A DNA stretch of 63,352 nucleotides, counting the filler, from assembly GCF_002087085.1 (NCBI RefSeq). It is 4 parts of 4 records of this genome, joined end to end, with 100 filler letters (N's around TTAATTAATTAA, not from the genome) between each part and the next. Parts side by side here need not be neighbours in the genome. Positions count along the whole stretch, not along the records: positions 1 to 25,565 come from NZ_MWQY01000031.1; 3 more parts are not named here. One strand, 5' to 3'. Position 1 is the stretch's first letter. The number at the start of each line of letters is the position of its first letter. Below, in pieces: positions 1-9,483 of the stretch. The notes under the pieces are model-generated. The model did not search any database. It worked only from the letters and a program-made list of their open reading frames with translations, and was not told where the DNA came from. The position numbers were made by a program, and so were the translations under genes.

Positions 1-55
1 ACCCTCACTCCCAAAATAGTAAAGGAGCTGACTAAGATTCTTCTTAGACAGCCCC
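1..55. mobile_element. IS terminal sequence (IS1182-like end, ...TTAGACAGCCCC) at contig start
   Basis: Exact reverse complement of 25511-25565. The GACAGCCCC followed by a T-run resembles IS1182-family ends; family assignment is inference. Confidence 0.6.
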
Positions 56-165
56 TTTTTTTATCGGTGACAGAGATTCATGGCCGATATCGGGAAGGCC
101 GACTTGAAAGCCGGTCCGGGGAGGGATAGAATATAAACAGGTCGCCCTGATAAAAGAGGTGTCTT

Positions 166-1053
166 ATGAAAAAAACCCTTCTACTCCCGCTCTTTTCAAT
201 CCTGCTTGTATTCTCCGGTACCTGTGAAGACTTCATAGTAAGTTACCTGAACGGGGATGCATTTCTCCTGACCCGGGGTGACGAGGAGTACCTGGATATA
301 GGAGACCCGGTATCGGACAAAGCCCGGATCCTTATAGAAGAAGGGGGCATCCTCGAGCTTCGGAGGGATTCCCGGAGCTTTACCCTCGCAGGCCCCGGAA
401 CCTTTGAACTGGCCTCCGTGCTTGCCCGGGCGGGAAAACGGGAATCAGCCCCCCTGGCGAACCTTCTCAGCAGCCGCATCGACCGCATGCTTTCAAACAG
501 CGAGATAGAAAAACCCTCCAGCGTCATGGGTGTCCGGGGGGCCGCAGCGGAGGAGATGGAGATGGACTGGATCGGTTCCGAAAGCGATCCGTACATATCC
601 CGGGGCCGGGATCAGCTGAGAGAGGGGGATTATTCCGCTGCGCAAAAAACCTTTTCCCAGGGTCTTGAAATTGCCCAGGATTATGGAGAGTCCGATTCAG
701 AAGCCGAACTGGCCTTTCTTCTCTCCTGGACCCTTTCCGTCGAAGGAAGCACAGGACCTGCCCTTCACTCCCTGAGCCTGCTGCAGGTCGACCCCTACAC
801 CCCCTGGTACCCTGAATACCGTCTGCTTCATGCCCGGCTTCTTCTGGATTCCGGGGCTTCAGAACAGGCGGCTGAAATACTGAGACAGAACCGCGGGATA
901 CAGCCCCTGCAGAAAGAGGACGAGCTGATTCTGGGAATCGCCCTCTTCGAAGGCGGCGGAAAAAACCGGAAGGAAGCCCTTGAAATACTGAACGGGCTCG
1001 CCGCGGAGAACGGAGCTGTGGCGGATATAGCCCGCGCCTATTTACAGAAATAA
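166..1053 (+). CDS. Exported hypothetical protein with TPR-like C-terminal half
   Basis: Signal peptide MKKTLLLPLFSILLVFS, GAGG RBS upstream, helical TPR-like repeats. Confidence 0.7.
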   Translation: MKKTLLLPLFSILLVFSGTCEDFIVSYLNGDAFLLTRGDEEYLDIGDPVSDKARILIEEGGILELRRDSRSFTLAGPGTFELASVLARAGKRESAPLANLLSSRIDRMLSNSEIEKPSSVMGVRGAAAEEMEMDWIGSESDPYISRGRDQLREGDYSAAQKTFSQGLEIAQDYGESDSEAELAFLLSWTLSVEGSTGPALHSLSLLQVDPYTPWYPEYRLLHARLLLDSGASEQAAEILRQNRGIQPLQKEDELILGIALFEGGGKNRKEALEILNGLAAENGAVADIARAYLQK

Positions 1054-1103
1054 TCCCCGTCTTCCTGAAGCGGCTTTACCTTTTTACCGGTTCTATTCTG
1101 TAT

Positions 1104-1808
1104 ATGGAAACGGTATATGATTCATCAGGATTTAACAGTGCAGAAACAGAGGGCCCCAGGGAACGCATCGCCGCTGCGGGACCGGGAAGAATAGCGGATG
1201 TCGACCTTTTAAAGGCCCTTCTGGGCTCCGGAACACGGAACTACCGGGTGGATTCCGTAGCCGGCAGCCTGCTGCGGTACTTTGACAATATGGGAGGCAC
1301 GAGAAGTCCCAGCTATCAGGATCTCCTCAGCCTTCCGGGAATGGGAACGGCCAAGGCGGCCCAGATTATCGCGGCCTGGGAATTCTGCCGGCGGCGGCTG
1401 CGCCCTGCGGAAGCCTCCGTCCGGACTCCTGAGGACCTGATACCCCTTATCCGTCATTACGGAGACAGGCCGCAGGAACATTTCTTGAGTATTCCCCTCA
1501 ACGGGGCCCACGAAGTGATTGGAATCCACATTGTTTCGGTGGGGCTAGTAAACAGAACGTTGGTGCATCCCAGAGAAGTGTTCCGTCCTGCCCTGGAAAG
1601 CTCCGCCGCAGCCCTCATCTGTGCCCATAACCACCCTTCGGGAAGGCTCGAGCCCTCCCGGGAAGACCAGGAAATCACCTTACGTTTACTACGGGCAGGT
1701 ACGCTATTGGGAATTCCGGTGCTGGATCATCTTATCTTTCACGGGAGCAGATTCTACAGCTTCCTGAGCGAGGGACAGATCCGTCATGGGGGAGAATGGG
1801 AAAAGTAG
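1104..1808 (+). CDS. radC: RadC family (UPF0758) JAB/MPN protein
   Basis: HhH 'LPGMGTAKA', 'VHPREVF' and the JAB motif 'AHNHPSG...PSRED...LDH'. Confidence 0.93.
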   Translation: METVYDSSGFNSAETEGPRERIAAAGPGRIADVDLLKALLGSGTRNYRVDSVAGSLLRYFDNMGGTRSPSYQDLLSLPGMGTAKAAQIIAAWEFCRRRLRPAEASVRTPEDLIPLIRHYGDRPQEHFLSIPLNGAHEVIGIHIVSVGLVNRTLVHPREVFRPALESSAAALICAHNHPSGRLEPSREDQEITLRLLRAGTLLGIPVLDHLIFHGSRFYSFLSEGQIRHGGEWEK

Positions 1809-1816
1809 CCGAAAAC

Positions 1817-1845
1817 AAAAAGGGCGGTCTGCCTGACCGCCCCCG
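1817..1845. terminator. Probable intrinsic terminator between convergent genes
   Basis: A-run, then the hairpin GGGCGGTC-tgcct-GACCGCCC. Confidence 0.55.
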
Positions 1846-1962
1846 ACTCTAACAAAAAACTCCGCAAACGGGCAACCCGCCGCAGAGCTCCTCCTTTTTG
1901 TTAACAGAATGCTAACACGGAACCTGGAATACCGCAACAAAAATCTTTGGAAACTTTCGGAA

Positions 1963-3867
1963 TCAGCCGCCGGGAAGAATATTGGCGACATAGAGCAGGT
2001 ACTTGGCCCTGGTACACCCCACATACACCAGTTCATCCGTAATGTTATGGTGCTGCTCCCCAGGGGTAAACGTATAATCGAGAAGGAGGATTACAACATC
2101 CGACTCGAGTCCTTTGAACTGGCTGATAGTCCTGAAGCAGATCCCCTTCGAATGGGTCATGATCTCCGGCTCGAGCCTGTAGCCGCATACCGACCCGGCC
2201 TGACTGAGGGCGGAGTTCTCGTAACTGAGATTCGACAGGATCGTTATCATGCCCCTGTTCAGCTGGTGCTCCTGAAGCAGAGTCCGGATCGTCTCATCCA
2301 CAAAGGAGACAACTTCATCACGCTGGGAGAAGTTCTTTTCCACCGGATCGTTCCCGGACATCTCCAGGGGAACGGCAGTAGCGCCGAGACCTGTTTTTCG
2401 CACAGCGAAGTCGAGAATGCTGGGGGTATTGCGCAGGTTGTTCTTCAGCCGAAAGATGTAATCCCCCAGCTCCTTTGATGCCAGCAGCTTTACGACGGGA
2501 AGCTTGGTGTCGGGCTGAAAGATGGACTGGTTGTCATCGTAAAATATATAGATGACCCGTTCATCCCGGTTGGTAAAAAAGTAGTCTATGCAGTCACACC
2601 ACTTATCCTCGAAGTCCTGGGCCTCATCGATGACAATGGCATCAAAGGTGTCCTTGAGGGTGTATTCATGGAAAATGAGCTCCAGCGCCGAGGGAAGCCT
2701 GTCCGAGAAGAAATCCCGGTCTTCGCTGCAGGCTGAATCCGCGGGGGATCCGGGCAAAAGGGTGTTCAGAACCCGGGCGAAAACCTCATCCTGAAGGAAC
2801 TTCTCCCTGCGAAAAATGGCCCGCAGGTCCACATGACAGGGGACCTTGGAGATCCAGCGGAGATACTCGAGATAATCCCCCCGGGAATCGAAGAACTCCT
2901 CTTCTCCTGTTTCCCGGTAGAGTCTGCCCATGAAAGAGACGAACTCGCGTTTCATTCCGACCTCTTCAAGGATGGCAGCCAGGAAGTCAGCCAGGACCTT
3001 CAGGGCGAAGGTATGAAAGGTTTCGATGGTTACCCGGGAAAGACCGCCGATTTTGCGCAGGATCTCATAGCGCAGATTGGAGGAGAAACAGAGAAAAAGA
3101 ACGTGCTTGCCCTCATCCGCAAGGCGCATTGTTTTTTTAATCGCCAGCCAGGTTTTTCCGGTCCCGGCGGCCCCCTGAAAACCGACCCTGCTTTTATCGT
3201 CAAAGAGGTTCAGCAGGTAATCCTGAAAACGGCCAACCGATTCCAGCTCTTCCTGCTGACGGCGCATGGCGAAGAGCATTGAGCGATGCAGAACCATATT
3301 GCCTTTGAAAAGTGAGAGAAACTGCTCCCCCTCCTCCCGGGACAGGGAATTGTTCTCCTGGGGCCGGGTATAATCAAAGAGCCGCTGGATCCAGTCATAC
3401 AGGCGGTCCAGGTTGCCCGCATGCAGAACGTTGAACTCGTTCAGGTCCCGATGCCCGAGATTATCGCTGATTACCGCCTCGGGAAAGCAGACACCCCAGG
3501 AGAAAATCCCGGAAAAGGGGGTCCTGAAGTGGTTTCGGTAAAGATCCCGGAAGGCGTACTGGGCGTAACGTGCCTGCCGTACAGGGTCCTTGATGCGGAT
3601 GCGCTGTCCGTAGCGATTGACGGAAAACCAGGCGCTGTCGATATTCTCAATCTGACCGCCCTTGATCTCCAGGGTAAGGAAGCCCCGATCCTTTTTAAAG
3701 ATAATAAAGTCACACTCGCCCCGTAGGTTACGGTTCCCGGTCCAGGTCACATTATGAAAAACATGAAACGAGTCATCCAGCTGCTTTTTGAACTGTTCAA
3801 ACATGAAGATTTCGGCACCGGACTCGATCTGCTCCGAATCCAGTGCCTCAGGATACATTACTGCCAT
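1963..3867 (-). CDS. NERD nuclease domain fused to SF1 (UvrD-like) helicase/ATPase
   Basis: N-terminal 'GECDFII...LEIKGG', Walker A 'GAAGTGKT', 'IDEAQD', 'FKGLE' and 'YVGCTRAK'. Confidence 0.85.
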   Translation of the reverse strand: MAVMYPEALDSEQIESGAEIFMFEQFKKQLDDSFHVFHNVTWTGNRNLRGECDFIIFKKDRGFLTLEIKGGQIENIDSAWFSVNRYGQRIRIKDPVRQARYAQYAFRDLYRNHFRTPFSGIFSWGVCFPEAVISDNLGHRDLNEFNVLHAGNLDRLYDWIQRLFDYTRPQENNSLSREEGEQFLSLFKGNMVLHRSMLFAMRRQQEELESVGRFQDYLLNLFDDKSRVGFQGAAGTGKTWLAIKKTMRLADEGKHVLFLCFSSNLRYEILRKIGGLSRVTIETFHTFALKVLADFLAAILEEVGMKREFVSFMGRLYRETGEEEFFDSRGDYLEYLRWISKVPCHVDLRAIFRREKFLQDEVFARVLNTLLPGSPADSACSEDRDFFSDRLPSALELIFHEYTLKDTFDAIVIDEAQDFEDKWCDCIDYFFTNRDERVIYIFYDDNQSIFQPDTKLPVVKLLASKELGDYIFRLKNNLRNTPSILDFAVRKTGLGATAVPLEMSGNDPVEKNFSQRDEVVSFVDETIRTLLQEHQLNRGMITILSNLSYENSALSQAGSVCGYRLEPEIMTHSKGICFRTISQFKGLESDVVILLLDYTFTPGEQHHNITDELVYVGCTRAKYLLYVANILPGG

Positions 3868-4666
3868 GGGTCTCCTTATCAGTTCCGCTGACGATTTCTA
3901 TATGAGGATAGGGCAATTCAATGCCCCGGGACGCAAAGGTCTCCAGTAGATCCACGGTTATGCCGTTCTTTACGGCAACATAATCGCTTTTTTCGAACCA
4001 GACCCCCAGGAGGGTCTCAACACCGGAAGAGGAAAACTCCGTAAACATGACAAAGGCTTCGGGATTGTTCAGCGCCAGGGGATGCCGGCTGACAACCTGA
4101 CGCAGCAGCTCCTCCACCAGCCTGAGATCCGTACCATAGGGCACCCGCAGCTTGAAATCCATACGTCGAACCGGGAATTTTGTAATGTTGGTAACCACCG
4201 AGGTAATCAGCTTCTGGTGGGGAATCCGGATAAGAGTATTATCGAAGGTCCTGAGGCGTACAGCCAGCAGGTCTACCGCATAGACTACACCGGTTGTGGT
4301 CTCCACCTGAATGACGTCCCCGATGGTAAAAGCGTTCTCGGAGACAAGAAAGAGACCGGCAATAATGTTGCTCAGGGAAGACTGGGATGCGACACCCACG
4401 GCAACTCCGGCGATACCTGCGGCGCCCAGGATACCGGTGACCTGTACTCCCATGCGGGAAAGAGCTCCCACAAGAACAAAGAAAAGACCCGTGTACCAGA
4501 CCAGTTTTCGTACTCCCAGCCGGACCTGCTGTGAAGCTCCGCGAAAAAAGAGGGCGATTCCCGGCATAAGGATCATACGGACAAAGGCGATCCCCAGCAC
4601 CAGCACAAGGCCGCCTTCGAAAAACTTATCCCACTGTATCTGTTCAAGGCGTATCAGATTCTGCAT
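3848..4666 (-). CDS. mscS: Small-conductance mechanosensitive channel
   Basis: 'GAAGIAGVAVGVASQSSLSNIIAG...GDVI' MscS signature and three TM segments. Confidence 0.92.
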   Translation of the reverse strand: MQNLIRLEQIQWDKFFEGGLVLVLGIAFVRMILMPGIALFFRGASQQVRLGVRKLVWYTGLFFVLVGALSRMGVQVTGILGAAGIAGVAVGVASQSSLSNIIAGLFLVSENAFTIGDVIQVETTTGVVYAVDLLAVRLRTFDNTLIRIPHQKLITSVVTNITKFPVRRMDFKLRVPYGTDLRLVEELLRQVVSRHPLALNNPEAFVMFTEFSSSGVETLLGVWFEKSDYVAVKNGITVDLLETFASRGIELPYPHIEIVSGTDKETHGSNVS

Positions 4667-4684
4667 TCTTCTACCCTTTTAATT

Positions 4685-5524
4685 TCAGTAATAGGAGGCC
4701 AGGTTACGGAAAAAATCAAAACTTTTTCGAATAAGACTGCTGTAGCTCGGATTTTTTGGATGCGAGACTCTGCGGACAGATGGTCCTTCAACTTTCTTTT
4801 TGAAAGAGAGAGAACTGGCATGTTCGTTACCCCGGAAGGAGAAGATAATATCATCGGTAATAAAGCCCCTGGAGGAAAGATAGAGCCCCAGATACTCCAC
4901 CCGGATACAGATGCGGCTGAAATCCAGGATCTCCCCGGAGACATTCACCACCTTCATGTCGCACCTGGCGCAATAATAGGGCAGATCCAGCTCATCACTG
5001 CGGTGACGGACCTCAAGGGGAGAGGAATAAACGATTTCGCCGCTATCCGGGGCACCGAAGAGGTTCTTGGACAAAATCATGGAGGATACCGTCATCAGGG
5101 TACGCTCCTTTTTCAGGGTCTTCAGGTTCAGCACCAGGGGGATCAGGGTGGTAAAAAGAGCGGATTCCCCGTCGGGAAGCAGTATTGGCTCCAGGGGCTG
5201 GGCGGCTATGGGGCGATCAGGGAGGGATACCTCCGCCACCAGAAGGTCATTATCGTCATCCACAAAATAGTTTGACCAGGCGGGCAGCTCGGGCTTGGGT
5301 TCGACGGAAAACCGGAAAGATCCCTCCAGGGGAGGCCGGTTTCCCATGGCGACACCGTACTGTTCCGCCGAATCCAGAGCCAGGCGCCAGCCGGATTCCT
5401 GACGACTGATCCACACCCTGCTCCGTCCGAACTGAAGCAGCCGGACTTCACCGGGGGGCGTGGGCAGATAGTTCCAGACGCTCCCGACACCGGCTCCTTC
5501 AATAATGCGATCGTTCATGTTCAT
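4685..5524 (-). CDS. Hypothetical protein (DUF432-like), co-oriented upstream of mscS
   Basis: 279-aa ORF with 'LPDRPI...LFGAPDSGEIVY'; resemblance to DUF432-type proteins is from recall. Confidence 0.6.
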   Translation of the reverse strand: MNMNDRIIEGAGVGSVWNYLPTPPGEVRLLQFGRSRVWISRQESGWRLALDSAEQYGVAMGNRPPLEGSFRFSVEPKPELPAWSNYFVDDDNDLLVAEVSLPDRPIAAQPLEPILLPDGESALFTTLIPLVLNLKTLKKERTLMTVSSMILSKNLFGAPDSGEIVYSSPLEVRHRSDELDLPYYCARCDMKVVNVSGEILDFSRICIRVEYLGLYLSSRGFITDDIIFSFRGNEHASSLSFKKKVEGPSVRRVSHPKNPSYSSLIRKSFDFFRNLASYY

Positions 5525-5579
5525 CAGTGTAAATAAAAACTGGTCAATTGGCTATCCTTATGTTTATACTGGTCAGCAA

Positions 5580-5957
5580 ATGATGTATCGAATATTAAAT
5601 GTTCGTCAGGTTCCCGGGGAGGACTTCAAGGTCTGGTTCACCGATGATTACTGGGATCTGTTTCTCTGGATCGACAGAAACAAGCGAATCAGTTCGTTTC
5701 AGCTTGGCTATGGAAAACCCTCGGAGGAGCAGATGTTGATCTGGCGCAGGGGCGGCGGCCTCACTGCCGCCAGGGTCAGTGACGGCGAGGAAACCCTCAC
5801 AGAAAACCGGACCCCCCTGCTCACGGAAACCAGTGACTATGATCTGGATTCGGTAATCGAACGCTTTTCAGGGGACAGCAAAAAAATCAATTCAAAAATC
5901 GCCGACTTTGTCGTATCCACCCTCACGCGCTACCGTCAGGCTCAGAGACGCCTGTAG
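5580..5957 (+). CDS. Hypothetical protein
   Basis: Protein-like ORF 'VRQVPGE...WFTDDYWDLFLW...FQLGYGK'; start chosen at the MMYR ATG. Confidence 0.65.
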   Translation: MMYRILNVRQVPGEDFKVWFTDDYWDLFLWIDRNKRISSFQLGYGKPSEEQMLIWRRGGGLTAARVSDGEETLTENRTPLLTETSDYDLDSVIERFSGDSKKINSKIADFVVSTLTRYRQAQRRL

Positions 5958-6940
5958 GCGGAAGCGTAAATTCTCAAAGGGGCGGGATAGCCCTCTACGG
6001 TCCGCCCGGGGTCTTCCGGATCCAGGAAACTCTCCAGGGACTGGGTGTCCACCCATTCGGTTTTTCGCTGCTCAGTGTGGGTCATGGAAAAAGCTTCATG
6101 GATGCGGACCTTCTCAAAACCGCTCCGTTCCAGCATGTTCTTCAGGGCCTTGACCGTGGGAAGGAACCACCATCCCGGGGCCTTCATATAGCGCTTTCCC
6201 GGAAAGAGACAGGACTCATCCCCGCCTGGAATTCCGGCGGTTTCAATCACCAGATGTGCCCCGGGCTGCATGGCCGCCGCCAGGTTTTCCAGGGCCATAA
6301 GGGGATGCCGCCGGTGATACAGAACTCCCATGAAGAAAACCAGGTCGAAGAAGGGACCGTACAGGGCAAGGTCATCCACACCGAAGAGCTCGAAGGCCAG
6401 ACGCCTGTCCCGATAAAACTTGCGGTTCAGGTAATAATAGAAGAAGTAGCGCTCCACCGGTTCGCAGCCGATCACCAGGGAGGGATCGTGTTCCAGCATC
6501 CGGTACATGTAGTAGAGGTTGTTGCAGCCCACATCCGCGACTCGGCATCCCCGGATATCCGGATTCGCAAGTTCCATAACCCGCCGCCACTTGATATCGC
6601 TTCTCCACTCGGCGTCCACCTCAATGCCGGCATACGAGAAAGGTCCCTTCCGCCAGGACTTGAGATCCTCCAGCGCTCCCCGCAGAACCCGTTTCTCCCC
6701 GGGGTCCGGACTGAGATCTTCACCAAAACAGACGACGCCGTCGCGTATACCGAAGTCGTCTGTGGAGAAAACCGGCAGCCGTACGGCATTCCGCCACCAG
6801 CGCCTGTTGTAGGGGCGGTTCAGCTGACTGCTCATGCTTTCCCGCAGGGCGGCGACCTTTTCCGCATTTTCCCGGGGCAGGGATAACCTGTCCTCAGCCC
6901 ACTGGTCAAGATACTCTCGGCTAAAATCGACGGATACCAC
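5942..6940 (-). CDS. cmoB: tRNA U34 carboxymethyltransferase
   Basis: 'WRKGPF', 'EWRSDIKW', 'DVGCNN', 'GVLYHRRHP', 'TVEGYPAP'; adjacent to cmoA. Confidence 0.92.
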   Translation of the reverse strand: MVSVDFSREYLDQWAEDRLSLPRENAEKVAALRESMSSQLNRPYNRRWWRNAVRLPVFSTDDFGIRDGVVCFGEDLSPDPGEKRVLRGALEDLKSWRKGPFSYAGIEVDAEWRSDIKWRRVMELANPDIRGCRVADVGCNNLYYMYRMLEHDPSLVIGCEPVERYFFYYYLNRKFYRDRRLAFELFGVDDLALYGPFFDLVFFMGVLYHRRHPLMALENLAAAMQPGAHLVIETAGIPGGDESCLFPGKRYMKAPGWWFLPTVKALKNMLERSGFEKVRIHEAFSMTHTEQRKTEWVDTQSLESFLDPEDPGRTVEGYPAPLRIYASAYRRL

Positions 6941-6948
6941 GGAGACCC

Positions 6949-7689
6949 TCAGCGTTTGAGACAGATAAAGGAAGAAAAATTATACCAGCAGAAGAACCGG
7001 TCCACCGAGGCGAATCCTGTGTCGAAAAAGAGGGCCTCCTCTTCCTGGACCGAATAGGGAATCAGAACATTCTCCAGGGCTTCCCGCTTCTGGGAGATCT
7101 CCAGCTCCGAGTAGCCGTTGGCCCGCTTGAAATCATAGTATTTGTCTATGAATATGCGGCTCATGTCCGTATGGCTCTGGGTAGTTTTGTCGGAAACGAT
7201 AAGGATTCCGTTGTGCTCCAGGGATTCGTAGATTTTCCGCACAAGGGCTTCCCGCTTCAGGGGAGAAACAAACTGCAGGGTATAGTTCATCAGGATCACG
7301 CTGGCTTTATCCAGCGAGGTATCCTCGATAGACTCGTTGCGAATCACGACGGGAGAATCCTCTCCGTACATCTCCTCCAGTTTTTCCCGGGCCCGCTGGC
7401 ACATGGCCGGCGAATTGTCCACCCCGACAAGAGAAACGGAATCGAATCCCTTCGCCTTCAGGGCTTCTGCAGCCAGGATCGTACCCGTTGCGGTAGAACA
7501 GCCGAGATCATACAGTATGCTCCCGGCCTGGTAGAACTCAGCGCTCAGGGAGGCACTCATCTGTTCGACCTGACGATACCAGGGAATGGAACGGTCGGCC
7601 ATATCGTCAAATACCCGGGCCACTTCGCTGTTGAACACGAAGGGCGCAACGCCGGGCATCGGGGTGTCGAATATCCGGTCCCGGGGCAT
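6949..7689 (-). CDS. cmoA: Carboxy-S-adenosyl-L-methionine synthase
   Basis: 'FDDMADRSIPWY', 'YDLGCS', 'NYTLQF', 'EISQKREALENVL'. Start at MPRDRIF overlaps the upstream SDR stop (TGATG). Confidence 0.93.
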   Translation of the reverse strand: MPRDRIFDTPMPGVAPFVFNSEVARVFDDMADRSIPWYRQVEQMSASLSAEFYQAGSILYDLGCSTATGTILAAEALKAKGFDSVSLVGVDNSPAMCQRAREKLEEMYGEDSPVVIRNESIEDTSLDKASVILMNYTLQFVSPLKREALVRKIYESLEHNGILIVSDKTTQSHTDMSRIFIDKYYDFKRANGYSELEISQKREALENVLIPYSVQEEEALFFDTGFASVDRFFCWYNFSSFICLKR

Positions 7690-8519
7690 CAGTTCATCTC
7701 GAAGCCGCCGTCCACGTTGAGGGTCTGGCCGGTCATGTAGTTGGACTCTTCGGAACAGAGGAACAGTACGGCATCGGCCATCTCGTCGGGCAGTCCGGGA
7801 CGGAGGAGAGGAATCTTTCCTATAAGCCGGTCCACCTCCGCCTGGGCCTTTTCTTCTCCCACACTGCTGATCTTGTCCTGCACATTCCTGCGCCACATGG
7901 GGGTATCAACGACACTGGGAGAAACGGCGTTTACATTTATGCTGTAGGGAGCCAGGGCCAGGGCTACCGACTGGGTCAGACTGATAACAGCCGCCTTGGA
8001 CGAGGCGTAGTGGATCTGCAAGGGCCTGCCTGAACGTCCGGAGATGGAGGAGAAGTTCACGATTTTGCCGAAACACTGACCGGCTTTCGTCTTTCCCACC
8101 AGGTCCTCGGGAACGCGTTTTACCATCTCCTTTGCCACGGCCTGCATCAGAAAAGCAGCACCCTTCTGGTTTATATCTATTACAAAGTCCCAGTCCTTCT
8201 CGGTAACATCGAGAAACCACTTGCTCTGTACCACCCCGGCGGTGTTTACCAGGATATCGATAGACTTCAGCTCCTCCACGGCCTTGGCCACAGCAGAGTA
8301 AATCTCGTCCACCGAGGCAAGGTTGACCTTAAGTGCGAAGGCATCGCCCCCGGCGTTCTTTATTTCCGCGACAGTTTCGGCCAGGGCTTCCTCGGAAACA
8401 TCCGCCGCGGCGACTTTACAGCCTTCGGCGGCAAGACGTAGTGCGCAGCTGCGCCCTATGCCTGAACCGGCGCCGGAAACCAGGGCGGTTTTCCCGGTAA
8501 ATCTGGAATAATTTTTCAT
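7689..8519 (-). CDS. SDR family oxidoreductase (polyol/sorbitol dehydrogenase-like)
   Basis: 'SGAGSGIG', catalytic 'YASSK', 'GQTLNVDGG'; GGAGG RBS before MKNYS. Confidence 0.9.
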   Translation of the reverse strand: MKNYSRFTGKTALVSGAGSGIGRSCALRLAAEGCKVAAADVSEEALAETVAEIKNAGGDAFALKVNLASVDEIYSAVAKAVEELKSIDILVNTAGVVQSKWFLDVTEKDWDFVIDINQKGAAFLMQAVAKEMVKRVPEDLVGKTKAGQCFGKIVNFSSISGRSGRPLQIHYASSKAAVISLTQSVALALAPYSINVNAVSPSVVDTPMWRRNVQDKISSVGEEKAQAEVDRLIGKIPLLRPGLPDEMADAVLFLCSEESNYMTGQTLNVDGGFEMN

Positions 8520-8639
8520 GCTGTTTCCTCCTTGAAAGCCCCATTCTGCCACATTAGCTGATCCCAGTAAAGCACAGCTGAATTCAAAAGGGCCCGCTGC
8601 AGCTGCAGCGGACCCCGGAAAAGGAGGCAATCGGCAGTC

Positions 8640-9482
8640 CTAACCTTTCAGTCCTGTTGTCGTTATACCCTCAACAAAATATCGCTGGGCGAAAAAGAAG
8701 ATCAGGATCGGCGGAATCATGGTAAGCAGGGACATGGCCATGAGCTGGTTCCAGCTTATGGCGTCGGTTATATCCATGGACATCCGCAAGGCCAGGGATA
8801 GGGGATACTTCTTGACGCTGTTGATGTAGATAAGGGGATTCAGAAAGTCATTCCAGCGCCAGATAAACTGGAAAATTCCGGCGGAAAAGAGAGCCGGCTT
8901 CAGCAGCGGAGCCATAATCCGGGTAAAGATGGTAAAGGAGTTACAGCCGTCGATATAGGCGGACTCATCCAGCTCTTTTGGAATTCCCCGGATAAACTGC
9001 ACCATCATGAAAATAAAGAAGGAGTAGGTGGCAAACATCGCCGGGACAATAAAGGGCAGATAGGTGTTCAGCCAGCCCAGGCTCCGGAACAGAATGTACC
9101 GGGGTATGATGATCACCGCGTTGGGCAGCATGAGCTGGGAGATCATCAGTATAAACAGGAGCTTCTTGAAAGGAAAGCGGAAGCGGGCGAAACCGTAGCC
9201 CACCAGAGCGCTGGAAACAATCGTTCCCAGAACGGTGGGAATAACCATCAAAAAGGTGTTGATAAAGAAGGTCCCGTAGGAATACTGCCCGGATCCCTGC
9301 CACCCCCTGGCATAGGCATCGGTAACCAGCTCTCCGGGGATAAGTCCCAGGGAGGTAAAAATCTCCTGGTTTGTCCGGAACGAGGAGGCAAAGAGCCACA
9401 GCAGGGGATAGACCATTACCAGACCCAGCAGGGAAAGAAAGATGTAGGCCGCAATCTTGTTCTGTTTTATATCAACTCTCAT
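8640..9482 (-). CDS. Carbohydrate ABC transporter permease (MalG/TogN-like)
   Basis: EAA motif 'ELDESAYIDG' and multiple TM helices. Confidence 0.92.
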   Translation of the reverse strand: MRVDIKQNKIAAYIFLSLLGLVMVYPLLWLFASSFRTNQEIFTSLGLIPGELVTDAYARGWQGSGQYSYGTFFINTFLMVIPTVLGTIVSSALVGYGFARFRFPFKKLLFILMISQLMLPNAVIIIPRYILFRSLGWLNTYLPFIVPAMFATYSFFIFMMVQFIRGIPKELDESAYIDGCNSFTIFTRIMAPLLKPALFSAGIFQFIWRWNDFLNPLIYINSVKKYPLSLALRMSMDITDAISWNQLMAMSLLTMIPPILIFFFAQRYFVEGITTTGLKG

Positions 9483-9483
9483 C

